A stretch of DNA of 64,000 bases from positions 224,001-288,000 of the forward strand of contig CAWJCS010000001.1 in the NCBI GenBank assembly GCA_963841435.1. Direction: 5' to 3'. The notes below the pieces were generated by a model, which did not search any database, was not told where the DNA came from, and worked only from the letters and a program-made list of their open reading frames with translations. The stretch is from an uncultured delta proteobacterium (GTDB lineage: Bacteria; Myxococcota_A; Polyangia; Polyangiales; Polyangiaceae). This document shows positions 18,730 through 27,995 of this stretch, piece by piece; the stretch's first letter is position 1; each line of letters begins with the position of its first letter. The translations under genes and the position numbers were made by a program.

Positions 18730-20592
18730 ATGAGGGATTCCTTGCTTCGGTTTCGGGTACGTTTGTCTTCTGCGCTCGCCCTGTGCGGCGTCCTTGCAGC
18801 GACCGGCAGCGCCTTCGCGACGGCGCCCGCCGCGCCGCCTTTGGCGTGCGGCACGCCGGTCACGTCCACGATCGACGGGGAGACCGGGGCGATCGCCGAC
18901 TACGCGACGACGACCTACGACGTCGTGGTTTCGGGTCTGCCCACGCTGCTCTGGGACCTCGAGGCGACCACCTCGATCACGCACCCGTTCAATGCGGATC
19001 TCGAGATCGTGCTGACGTCGCCGTCGGGCACCGTCGTCGCGCTCAGCACCAACAACGGTGGCGGTGCGGACGACGTTTTCAACGGCACGTTGTGGGACGA
19101 CCAGGCGAACCCCGGGGGTCAGGTGCCCTACTCGTCGAATGCGGGGCTTGCTTCGGATCACCCCTACGTCGATGCCCAGGTGGCGACGCCACTCGCGCCC
19201 GAAGGTGCCATGGGCGCGTTCATCGGCGAAGATCCGAATGGGACGTGGACGCTCTCGATCTCCGACGACGAAGCAGCCGACACAGGCAACCTTTCGGCGT
19301 TCGCGCTGCATTTCGTGGCGCTCGATGACGAGATCGTCGCCACCGGGTCGAGCTTTCAGAGCTCCGCGGTCGTCGCGATCCCGACGTCGATCGCCACCGT
19401 CAGCTCGACGCTCGACGCTACGGGGCTGACGAACCCCATCTGTGATGTGAATGTGGTCACCCACATCACGCACACGTACGCGAGCGACCTCGACATCACC
19501 GTCACCTCCCCCACGGGCACGGTCGTGACGCTCACCACCGACAACGGCGCGGGGAACGACGACGTTTTCGACGGCACGCTGTGGGACGACAGCGCGACGG
19601 CGCACGTGCGAACCGCGACCTACGCGAACGGCGTGGCACAGGCCGCGCTCTCGCCCGAGGAAGGCCTCGCGGCGTTCATCGGCGAGGCCGGCAACGGAAC
19701 CTGGACGCTCACCATCAGCGACGACTCGGGGGGCGACGGCGGTGAGCTCGCAGGCTGGGAGCTCCAGCTCGACACCTGCGAGGGGATGGATACCGACTCC
19801 GACGGCGAGGGCGACCTCTGCGACAATTGCCCCACCGTGGCCAACGCAGGCCAGGAAGACACCGACTCCGACGGCGAGGGTGACGCCTGCGACTGCGGCG
19901 ACGGACAGGTCGTCGCGGGGGAAGCGTGCGACGACGGCAATCAGACGAGCTGCGACGGCTGCCGCGCGGATTGCTCGGCTGTCGAGACCGGCTGCGGTGA
20001 CGGCTTCGTCTGCGGCACCGAGACGTGCGACGACGGCAACGGCACGAGCGGTGACGGCTGCGATGCGAACTGCACGCCGACCGGCTGTGGTAACGGCATC
20101 GTCACCGCGGGGGAGGACTGCGACGACGGCAACACGACCGATGGCGACGGCTGCGACTCGAGCTGCATGATCGAGCTACCGACCGCGGCAGGCGGCGCGG
20201 GCGGCGAAGCCGGCGAGCCCGGCACTGGCGGCTCCAGTGCAACGAGCGGCAGCGGTGGTGGCACCGTCGTCGGCGAAAGCGGCGCGGCCGGCGAGGGTGG
20301 CGCGCCCGGAGCCGGCGGCACGTCCACGACGGGCGGCACGTCCACGACGGGCGGCACGTCCACGACGGGCGGCAGTGGTGGTCGCGGCGGCTCGGCTTCG
20401 GGCGGTGTCGCGGGCTCCGCGGGCACGGCGGGCTCCGCAGGCGCACGTCCCTCGGCGACGCCCAAGGACGAAGGTGGTTGCTCCTGTCGCGTGCCGGCTC
20501 ACTCGCAGAGCGAACGCGGGTGGCTCTTCGCGACCGCTCTGCTCGCGCTTGGCCTTTTAGGGCGGCGAAGGCGCGCGCCCCGCGCGCGCTGA
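18730..20592 (+). CDS. Cell-surface protein: 2 proprotein-convertase P domains, TSP3-like and Myxococcus Cys-rich repeats, MYXO-CTERM anchor
   Basis: ITHPFNADLEIVLTSPSGT / ITHTYASDLDITVTSPTGT...NGTWTL; DTDSDGEGDLCDNCP; CDDGN repeats; EGGCSCRV...TM...RRRR. Confidence 0.9.
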   Translation: MRDSLLRFRVRLSSALALCGVLAATGSAFATAPAAPPLACGTPVTSTIDGETGAIADYATTTYDVVVSGLPTLLWDLEATTSITHPFNADLEIVLTSPSGTVVALSTNNGGGADDVFNGTLWDDQANPGGQVPYSSNAGLASDHPYVDAQVATPLAPEGAMGAFIGEDPNGTWTLSISDDEAADTGNLSAFALHFVALDDEIVATGSSFQSSAVVAIPTSIATVSSTLDATGLTNPICDVNVVTHITHTYASDLDITVTSPTGTVVTLTTDNGAGNDDVFDGTLWDDSATAHVRTATYANGVAQAALSPEEGLAAFIGEAGNGTWTLTISDDSGGDGGELAGWELQLDTCEGMDTDSDGEGDLCDNCPTVANAGQEDTDSDGEGDACDCGDGQVVAGEACDDGNQTSCDGCRADCSAVETGCGDGFVCGTETCDDGNGTSGDGCDANCTPTGCGNGIVTAGEDCDDGNTTDGDGCDSSCMIELPTAAGGAGGEAGEPGTGGSSATSGSGGGTVVGESGAAGEGGAPGAGGTSTTGGTSTTGGTSTTGGSGGRGGSASGGVAGSAGTAGSAGARPSATPKDEGGCSCRVPAHSQSERGWLFATALLALGLLGRRRRAPRAR

Positions 20593-20608
20593 CTTCGCGC
20601 GAGAACAC

Positions 20609-20828
20609 GCTGCGGGCGCCGTCGCCCGCAGCGCCAAAAGAATCACCCATGGCATGCCTGGCTCGGCATGCGTAAGAAGGTCATGCCCGCAGGCGGACAC
20701 GAGAAGGGTGCGGTGCATCCCCTTTCCGTGACCGCCTGCGGACACCAACCGCGCGTTCGCTCGGGGGACGCGCGTTGGAAACCTGAAAGGGACCACGGCG
20801 GGGTCCGTCCCGCCGTCGTCGGCGCTCC
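20609..20828. ncRNA. Candidate multi-hairpin structured RNA or REP-like element (unassigned)
   Basis: Six consecutive stems, including CCGCAGGCGG/CCGCCTGCGG and a CCT-GAAA-GGG tetraloop. Confidence 0.4.
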
Positions 20829-20861
20829 GTTCGCCCGTTCGCCCGTTCGCCCGTTCGCCCG
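20827..20861. repeat. Tandem repeat CCGTTCGC x4
   Basis: Four perfect 8-bp copies at 20827-20858. Confidence 0.95.
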
Positions 20862-20896
20862 CTTGTCGCGGGGCGTCTCTGGTGCGGCGCTCGATA

Positions 20897-20914
20897 TAGT
20901 TGCGAACGCAACCA
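20897..20914. promoter_or_regulatory. Probable MarR-family operator overlapping a -35 element
   Basis: Palindrome GTTGCG-AA-CGCAAC about 45 nt upstream of the marR-like ATG. Confidence 0.65.
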
Positions 20915-20956
20915 AGTGGTACCATGCTGGGAGAGTCGCCCAGGGGGCGATGCACC

Positions 20957-21451
20957 ATGCCCAAAGCTCACGTTCGCCCGGTTCGTTCGGCCCATGACGC
21001 GCAGCGTCTGCGCGCCCTCGTTCAGACGTTCGTGCGGGGCTTCGGTCTGCTCGTCACGCGGGAGACACCCTGCGGGCACGCCGTGTCGCCGTCCTACGCA
21101 CACGGTCTGATGGTGCTGCTCGAGCGCACCGCGCGAAACCAGCGCACGTTGCAGTCGGACCTCGGTGGGGCGCTCGGAATCGACAAGAGCAACGTCACGC
21201 GTCTCTGCGCGCGGATGGAAGCCGCAGGCCACGCCGTGCAGGAGCGCTCACCGGTCGACGGTCGCGCGCGCCTCGTTCGCCTCACGAGCGCCGGCGCGCG
21301 CCTGGCCCGCCGCATCGAGCGTTCGAGCCTTCATCGTTTCGAGCACCTCGTCGGCGGCGTCGCGTCCCAGAGGCGGCGCGGGCTCTTCGCATCGCTCGAG
21401 CTCCTGAACGCCGCGCTCGAAACGCTCCCCCATCGAGACGACGCGTCATGA
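20957..21451 (+). CDS. MarR-family transcriptional regulator
   Basis: QSDLGGALGIDKSNVTRLCARMEAAG...RSPVDGRARLVRLTSAG. Confidence 0.92.
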   Translation: MPKAHVRPVRSAHDAQRLRALVQTFVRGFGLLVTRETPCGHAVSPSYAHGLMVLLERTARNQRTLQSDLGGALGIDKSNVTRLCARMEAAGHAVQERSPVDGRARLVRLTSAGARLARRIERSSLHRFEHLVGGVASQRRRGLFASLELLNAALETLPHRDDAS

Positions 21452-22077
21452 TGGGTCGCCTGACGCTGCTCGGCGCGGCAATCGCCGCTCTCCTTTCGGC
21501 CTGTCAGTCGCGCTCGGACGCGCCGCCCGCCGCGAGCGTCGCGCCATCGGCGCCCGACGCTCGCAGGGTGCCGTCGGTTCCGGCGCCGGCCTCCGCTGCG
21601 CGACCATCCGGCGTTTCGGCACACGCCGCGCTCGACGCGATGGACGAGCGCGTCGCCGTGCCCCTCTTGCCCATGATGGCGCACCACCAAAAACAAAACA
21701 TGCGCGACCATCTCCTCGCGGTGCAACAGATCGTCGAGGGGCTTTCCGCCAAGGACTATCCAGCCGTCGAAGCGGCGGCCCGGCGCATCGGCTTCTCGGA
21801 GCAGATGGGCCAGATGTGCACGCACATGGGCGCCGGCGCGCCGGGCTTCACCGAACGGGCGCTGGACTTTCACCATACGGCGGACGGTATCGCGGATGCC
21901 GCGAGGAGTCGGGATGCGGATGCCGTCCTCCGCGCCCTCACGAAAACGCTCGCGACCTGCACCGACTGCCACGCATCGTTCAAACAGCGCGTCGTCGACG
22001 AGGCGGCCTTCGCCGACGCCGTGCAGGCAGCTCGGCCCCCTGGGTCGTCCGCCGCTCCGCTCCCGCCGCACGGGTGA
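21448..22077 (+). CDS. Cytochrome c'-like monoheme lipoprotein
   Basis: Lipobox LSAC; helical protein with C-terminal CTDCH; ATGA overlap with the MarR gene. Confidence 0.8.
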   Translation: MMGRLTLLGAAIAALLSACQSRSDAPPAASVAPSAPDARRVPSVPAPASAARPSGVSAHAALDAMDERVAVPLLPMMAHHQKQNMRDHLLAVQQIVEGLSAKDYPAVEAAARRIGFSEQMGQMCTHMGAGAPGFTERALDFHHTADGIADAARSRDADAVLRALTKTLATCTDCHASFKQRVVDEAAFADAVQAARPPGSSAAPLPPHG

Positions 22078-22382
22078 TGCTCTGCCATCGCAGGCGCGGG
22101 CGCACGCACGCAGCCGCTCGGGTCGCCGTTCCAGTCGTCCGCGCGCTGGTCTTGTCCGTCCGCGGGATGGTTGGCCGGTTCGCAGGAGGCTTGGCCCATG
22201 GGCATTGTTCGGCTCGTGGCCGGACGACTACATGCGGCGGCTCGGGCTCGGTGCCGACGCTTCCCGCTACTACTACACGTGGGGCGTCACGATTGGCGGC
22301 TGGCATCCGCGCAACACCTACCCACCACCCGAGACACCTTAGTACGACTCTGCCGGTGCCGGCGTTCTCTTCGAGAGGCGCC

Positions 22383-23582
22383 TCACTGGCACAGGGGGCA
22401 ACCGATGGGGCAGGTGCCCGTGTCGCTCGGCGCGCTGCAGCTCGGGCCGCCGGTGGGGCCGGGGCCCGGCACGATGCAGCAGATCTCGCCCTGGGCGCAG
22501 CACTCGCTGCCGCAGCAGGAGGCCGAGGCGGTGCACATGTTGGTTATGTCGCACGGATTCGCCTTGCAGGTGCCAACGTCGCAGAAGGGGGTCGCACCCG
22601 AGCAGGCATGTCCGCACGCTCCGCAATTCCGAGGGTCGTTGATCGTGAGGACGCACGCGTCGCCGCAGCACGTGAGGCCCTGCTGTTGGCAATTTTCGGC
22701 GCATTTTGGTGCGGGTCGAACGCCGCAGTGACCGGTGCTCGTGCAATAGGCCTCGACCTCCGTCGGGTAGACGGGCGCGCACTCGGCGCACGCCTGATTC
22801 GAGTCGCACACGTAGCCGCTGTATTGGGCCTCCTGGTCTCCTGCGATGGCGATGAGGTCGGTCGGCGCCGTCGAGCCACCACACTCGCAACAGGCCGACA
22901 CGCGCAGGCGGCAGTCGCCGTCAACGCGGCACGCCGTCACCGGGTCGTCGCGCAGATCGAGCTCGGCGCACACGTTGCCCATGCACGTGGCGAGGAGGTT
23001 GGGATTGTTCGCCTGCACGCAGGCCGGGCAGGGGACCGGTTCGGGGCACAACTGCGTGCGGTAGTCGTCGAAGCTCGCTTGGTTGATGGGATCGACATCA
23101 TCGAGCGTCGGGGAGCCGCAGACGCCGCAGCACGTGTTGGCCGCGAGCATGCATTCCGAATTCTCCTCGCAGGACATCCAATTGCCGGTGCCGCCCATGC
23201 CCCCCATGCCGGCCGTCCCGGTGCCGCCGGAGTTGCCGCCGCCAGCGCTGCCGCCCGTCGCCGTGCCGCCCGTGCCGCCAGTTGCCGTACCACCGGTGCC
23301 CGTGCCACCGGTTGCCGTACCACCGGTGCCCGTGCCGCCCGTCGCCGTGCCGCCAGTGCTCGTGCCGCCCGTCGCCGTGCCGCCCGTGCTCGTGCCGCCC
23401 GTGCTCGTGCCGCCCGTGCCCGTGCCGCCAGCACCCTTTCCGCCGGAAGCGCTCGAGCCACCCGACGCGCTCGAGCCGCTCTCGCCCCCTTGGGCATCGC
23501 CCTCACCGAACCTGGAGTGCCCGCAGGCGAAGAGCACCGTCACCCCGACCACGGCGAGCGCGGTCAGGCGACGGAGGGTCAT
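22383..23582 (-). CDS. Lipoprotein with GGT(A/S)T-repeat linker and Cys-rich domains
   Basis: Lipobox LFAC; 15-bp-type Gly/Thr repeats; Cys modules paralogous to 3378..4259; DPRNCGACGHAC myxobacterial repeat. Confidence 0.85.
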   Translation of the reverse strand: MTLRRLTALAVVGVTVLFACGHSRFGEGDAQGGESGSSASGGSSASGGKGAGGTGTGGTSTGGTSTGGTATGGTSTGGTATGGTGTGGTATGGTGTGGTATGGTGGTATGGSAGGGNSGGTGTAGMGGMGGTGNWMSCEENSECMLAANTCCGVCGSPTLDDVDPINQASFDDYRTQLCPEPVPCPACVQANNPNLLATCMGNVCAELDLRDDPVTACRVDGDCRLRVSACCECGGSTAPTDLIAIAGDQEAQYSGYVCDSNQACAECAPVYPTEVEAYCTSTGHCGVRPAPKCAENCQQQGLTCCGDACVLTINDPRNCGACGHACSGATPFCDVGTCKANPCDITNMCTASASCCGSECCAQGEICCIVPGPGPTGGPSCSAPSDTGTCPIGCPLCQ

Positions 23583-23677
23583 CCGTTCGTTCGAGCCGGT
23601 CACTTGATGCCCACCAACACCCATCTCCCCAGTTTTCACCAGGGAGCGGCGCCGCGCAAGCCGGCGTCAGCCAGGGC

Positions 23678-24652
23678 TCACGCCGCGTGGGCCTTTTTGA
23701 TCTCGGCTTCCGCGTAGGCTTCGAGCTTGCGGGCGTCGGCGTTGAAGATGCGGATGCCTTCCGAGAGCTTGTCGGACGCCATGGCGTCTTCGTTGTGGAG
23801 CCAGCGGAAGGTTTTCTCGTCGAGCGAAATGCGCTCCACGTCGCTTGCCTTGGCCTTTTCCACCGTGAGCCGCGGCGTCACCTCGCCCTCGGCCGTGCGG
23901 AGCTTCTCGAGCAGATCCGGGCTGATGGTCAAAAGGTCCGAGCCCGCGAGCTCGATCACCTGCTCGACCTTGCGGAAGCTCGCGCCCATCACCTGCGTCT
24001 TGTAGTCGAACTTCTTGTAGTAGGTGTAGATGCGTCGGACGCTCTCGACACCTGGGTCTTGTTCGATCGGAATGTCGCTGACGTTCTTCGACTTCTTGTA
24101 CCAGTCGTAGATGCGGCCCACGAAGGGCGAGATGAGCGTCACCTTCGCCTCGGCGCACGCCACGGCCTGCGCGAAGCTGAAGAGCAGCGTCAGGTTGCAG
24201 TGAATGCCCTCCTTCTCGAGCACCTCCGCCGCGCGGATGCCCTCCCACGTACTGCCGAGCTTGATCAGGATGCGCTCGCGCGACACGCCGCCCTTCTCGT
24301 AAAGGCCGATGAGCTCGCGTGCCTTCTGAATGCTGCCCTCGGTGTCGAAGCTGAGCGTCGCGTTGACCTCGGTCGAGACGCGGCCGGGGATGAGCTTCAG
24401 GATCTCGCTGCCGAAGTTCACGGCGAGCTTGTCCATGAAGGCGCTCGTGACCTTGGCCTTGCCGCCACCCTGCTTGCCGGCGTGGGCGAGCGCCTCGTCG
24501 ACGAGCGGCTTGTACTTCGGCATCTGCGCCGCCTTCGCGAGCAGTGACGGGTTCGTGGTCGCGTCCTGGGGCGCGTACTTGGCGAGCGCCTCGATGTCGC
24601 CGGTATCGGCGACGACGGTGGTGACTTTGCGCAACGATTCGAGCTGTGACAT
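23678..24652 (-). CDS. tal: Transaldolase
   Basis: [55 protein letters not shown]. Confidence 0.98.
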   Translation of the reverse strand: MSQLESLRKVTTVVADTGDIEALAKYAPQDATTNPSLLAKAAQMPKYKPLVDEALAHAGKQGGGKAKVTSAFMDKLAVNFGSEILKLIPGRVSTEVNATLSFDTEGSIQKARELIGLYEKGGVSRERILIKLGSTWEGIRAAEVLEKEGIHCNLTLLFSFAQAVACAEAKVTLISPFVGRIYDWYKKSKNVSDIPIEQDPGVESVRRIYTYYKKFDYKTQVMGASFRKVEQVIELAGSDLLTISPDLLEKLRTAEGEVTPRLTVEKAKASDVERISLDEKTFRWLHNEDAMASDKLSEGIRIFNADARKLEAYAEAEIKKAHAA

Positions 24653-24716
24653 CGGGTTCGTCCCTTCGCTTCCGTGAGTTTTCCGATCCTGCTCCCGGTG
24701 CACGGCCGACGCAAGG

Positions 24717-25760
24717 TTACCCGGGCTCGGCCGCCCAGACCTTCCAGGGAGGCACGTAGCGCGTGCCGAGGTTCAAGATACGCTGGAGCAGCGGCGCGTA
24801 CGTGATGCCGGCCTTGTGGGCGGACTCGGCAAAATCCTCGCCGTAGGAAAGGTTCGGATTCGGGTTCGCTTCGAGCACGTAAACGCGGCCGTCCGCCGTC
24901 AGCCGAAGGTCGATGCGAGCGTAGCCGCTGAGCTCGAGGATGCGATACAGGCGCTTGCAGATGCGCGCGATGCGCTGGGCCGCGCCGTCCGGCAGGTTCG
25001 TCGCCGGTCCCGTGCGGATGCCGTGACGTTTTTGATAGCTCGGGCTCCATTTCACGCGTGCCGTGGCAATCGGCACGGCATCGGGAGCCATGTCCTGGAA
25101 GAACATCTCCCAGATGGGAAAGCTCTCGAGTCGCTCGTTGCCCATCACGCCGACGTAGAGCTCGCGCCCCTCGATGAATTCCTCGGCGATGGCATCGGTG
25201 CCGATACTTTCGTGAATGAAACCGACGCGCTCGGCGAGCTTTTCGTCGTTGTGCACGAGCGACGCCTGCGAGATCCCGAGCGAGCCCTCTTCGGTCACCG
25301 ACTTCACGATCAGCGGGAAGTCGAGGCGCCGTGGACGCTTCACCACCCGCTTCATGGGAAACACGGAGAAGTCGGGAACCTGGATGCGATGGTACGTCAG
25401 GATCTTCTTCGAGAGCGCCTTGTCGCGCGCGAGCATGAGGCCGCGCGGATTGCAGCCCGTGTACGCGCGCCTCAAGAGCTCGAGGTACGCGACGACGTGC
25501 TGGTCGTACGTCGCGACGCCGTGGAACTCCTCGAGCAGGTTGAAGGCGATGTCCGGCTTGAACTCCTCGACGGCGCGGCGCAAAACCGCGAGATCGTCGC
25601 TCAAACCGAGCGCGTGGGTCTCGTGCCCGAGCTCCTCGAGGCCGTCGAGCACGTCGAGCTCGCATTTGTAGGGCGGGGGCTCCTTCCAGGCACGCTTGCC
25701 GGCGTTTTCCGGTGGCACGAGGTCCACGTGCATGAGGGCGAGCACGCGCAGGCGTTTCAT
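24717..25760 (-). CDS. ATP-grasp ligase, D-Ala-D-Ala ligase-like family
   Basis: [65 protein letters not shown]. Confidence 0.9.
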   Translation of the reverse strand: MKRLRVLALMHVDLVPPENAGKRAWKEPPPYKCELDVLDGLEELGHETHALGLSDDLAVLRRAVEEFKPDIAFNLLEEFHGVATYDQHVVAYLELLRRAYTGCNPRGLMLARDKALSKKILTYHRIQVPDFSVFPMKRVVKRPRRLDFPLIVKSVTEEGSLGISQASLVHNDEKLAERVGFIHESIGTDAIAEEFIEGRELYVGVMGNERLESFPIWEMFFQDMAPDAVPIATARVKWSPSYQKRHGIRTGPATNLPDGAAQRIARICKRLYRILELSGYARIDLRLTADGRVYVLEANPNPNLSYGEDFAESAHKAGITYAPLLQRILNLGTRYVPPWKVWAAEPG

Positions 25761-26806
25761 AGCGCCACCCGCGCGTGGCGCCCGCTCAGGTACTGCATGG
25801 TCTGCGCCGTGAGCATCAGCGCCGCGTCGACCGTGGTCTCGCGCTCGGACTGACCGAGGTGCAGATCGAGCTCGCGGCAGCGCTTGATCATCTCGCCGAG
25901 CACGAGGTCGACGGTGTACGTGTACTCGCCCGTCCACTCCGCCACGCGACGCCGGAGCTCGGTGCGGTGCGAGCGCAGGAACGCCGATGCCGACTGGCGG
26001 CTGCGGTGGCGCGGTGCATCCGAGAAGAGGCGACGCAGCGCCTGGTCGTACACCTCGGGATGGTCCGTCTCGTAGCGAGCGCGCTTCTTCTTGTAGTGCT
26101 GGGCGAGCGTCTGCGTGAGCGACGAGAGCGGCTCGTGCGCCTGGCGCGTCGTGACGAGCGGCTTTTTGGCGGCGATCTCCTGCATGAGCTCGTCCACGTA
26201 TTCGAGCTTTTTCAGCGCCGGCCAGCCCTGGTAGCGCGAGCGCCAGCGCGAGCCCGGCCGGAGCCACACCGCGAACGTCTCGGCGAAGTCCTCGCTCGGG
26301 TGGCTCTGCGCGTACCAGTAGTCGAGGTGGAGCACGAAGCGCTTGCTGTAGGCGCGTGGCGAATACTCGTCCGGGTAGCGCTGTGAGGCTCGACCGAACA
26401 GCTCGCGCCATCGCCCGCGGCGCGACAGCCGGTACGCCGTGTCGAGCGCGTGCCCGGCCTCGTGCCGCAGGATGCGCAGACACGTTTGGCTCGAGCCACC
26501 CTCGACGTCCAACATCTGCCGCTTTTCGAGCAGCATGAGGCGAGGATGGCAGAGATAGAACGGCACCGCGACCCCCGGAATGCCGTGCGGGCTGAACCAC
26601 TCCGTGGAAACCCAAAAGTGCGGGCGAAAAGCGATACCGCGACCCGCGAGCTCGTGGAGCAAGCGCTTGATGCCACGACGCAAGAACGCGCCGCCGAGAT
26701 CGACCTGCAGATCGCAGAGGCGAAGCTCGAGAAGCTCCTCGTCGGACCAACGCTCCCAGCGTGGGCGGCGACGTTGCCGCGAGCTCGAATCCTTCCGGGC
26801 AGTCAC
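25757..26806 (-). CDS. Putative zinc-binding metallopeptidase
   Basis: RILRHEAGHALD (HExxH) and YAQSHPSEDFAETF; ATGA overlap with the ATP-grasp gene. Confidence 0.85.
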   Translation of the reverse strand: MTARKDSSSRQRRRPRWERWSDEELLELRLCDLQVDLGGAFLRRGIKRLLHELAGRGIAFRPHFWVSTEWFSPHGIPGVAVPFYLCHPRLMLLEKRQMLDVEGGSSQTCLRILRHEAGHALDTAYRLSRRGRWRELFGRASQRYPDEYSPRAYSKRFVLHLDYWYAQSHPSEDFAETFAVWLRPGSRWRSRYQGWPALKKLEYVDELMQEIAAKKPLVTTRQAHEPLSSLTQTLAQHYKKKRARYETDHPEVYDQALRRLFSDAPRHRSRQSASAFLRSHRTELRRRVAEWTGEYTYTVDLVLGEMIKRCRELDLHLGQSERETTVDAALMLTAQTMQYLSGRHARVAL

Positions 26807-27164
26807 GGCTCGACACGCTCTTTTGGCAGACCGGCGCGGCGGGCGCAAACCCAGCGCGGGCGTGAGCCGGGACCGGGCCGTTAGCCGATGCGCTCGAAGG
26901 CGACCAGGCAGGCCGGGTCGCCCCGGCGCATGCGCTCGAGCTCGTGGATCTCGAGCACCTCACCGAGCTGCTTTTCGAGACGGCGCCCTTATCCGGAGCG
27001 TGCTCGGGCTCGCCGCGCTCGGGGGGGCGCTCGCTCGCCATGCTTTTCGGGATTTCGCGCGCGTTTTGCTCGTTCGAGCAGGACCGGGCTGCTCGCCGCT
27101 CGGTTGCCGAGACGACGCAGGGTAGGCTGGGGTGGCCGGGCGCGCCGGCTTGCTTGAAGCACCA

Positions 27165-27989
27165 ATGATCGAACCGCTCCTCTTCACTGCCACCCAGGTC
27201 GTCACGTTCCACGGCCAGCAGCAGCTGACCAATGCCACGGGCTTCTTCTTCGAACGCGACGAACGCCTCTACCTCGTGACGAGCCGTCACGTCCTGCGTG
27301 ACGAGCCGACCGGGCACTTCCCCGATCGCATCGAGCTCGAACTCATCAGCAATCCGGAGAACGTCGCTGAGTCCACGAGCTGCTCGCTGCCGCTCTACGC
27401 CGACGGGCGTGGCTTGTGGGTGCAGGGCCTCGACGCCGCGGGCGGCGTCGACGTCGCGCTGTTGGAGCTCGACCGGCGGGCACTCCCACCGACGTTCGTG
27501 TACCGGGCGTTCACCCCCGAGCACCTGTTCCCGGGCTTCGATCACGTGGATGTCGGAACGCCGCTCCTCGTCATCGGCTTCCCGCTCGGCTTTCACGACA
27601 CGCTCCACCACGTCCCCGTCGCGCGCCAGGCCATCGTGGCGTCGTCGTTCGGGCTCAGGTTCCAGGGGCAAGGCTACTTCCTCACCGACGCCCGCACGCA
27701 CCGCGGCACGAGTGGCGCGCCCGTGGTGCTGCGCGCGCCCGCCATGGAGGGCCTCGGCGATCTTCCCTGGATCCTTCTCGGCGTGCACGCCTCGCGGGTC
27801 GACATCCCCACGCGCGATCAGCACCTCGACGAAGCGCTCGGTCTCAACTGCGCCTGGTATGCCGACATCTTGCTCACGCTCAGCGAACCCCCGGCCGCGG
27901 ACTCACCGGTTGCGGACTCCCCGGCCGCGGACTCCCCGCCCGCGGGCCCGCTCGCTGCGGAGCCGGAGGCCAAAGAACCCGCGTCGTGA
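27165..27989 (+). CDS. Trypsin-like serine protease
   Basis: ATGFF, LVTSRHV (His), VDVALL (Asp), RGTSGAPV (Ser). Confidence 0.85.
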   Translation: MIEPLLFTATQVVTFHGQQQLTNATGFFFERDERLYLVTSRHVLRDEPTGHFPDRIELELISNPENVAESTSCSLPLYADGRGLWVQGLDAAGGVDVALLELDRRALPPTFVYRAFTPEHLFPGFDHVDVGTPLLVIGFPLGFHDTLHHVPVARQAIVASSFGLRFQGQGYFLTDARTHRGTSGAPVVLRAPAMEGLGDLPWILLGVHASRVDIPTRDQHLDEALGLNCAWYADILLTLSEPPAADSPVADSPAADSPPAGPLAAEPEAKEPAS

Positions 27990-27995
27990 GCGGCC

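Noticed and set aside
20609-20828. Retron msr/msd for the hairpin element
   Set aside because: No reverse transcriptase in the window
20891-20926. GATATAGT (group I intron S-like) and GTGGTACC (T-box-like) words
   Set aside because: Other conserved elements are missing; better explained by the MarR operator and promoter
26881-27042. Short minus-strand peptide RRLEKQLGEVLEIHELERMRRGDPACLVAFERIG*
   Set aside because: No convincing in-frame start; possibly a gene remnant but not assignable
24717-27824. 1035-aa ORF suggesting a large fusion
   Set aside because: Only the last ~347 aa (from ATG 25760) is a real ATP-grasp protein; the rest overlaps other genes
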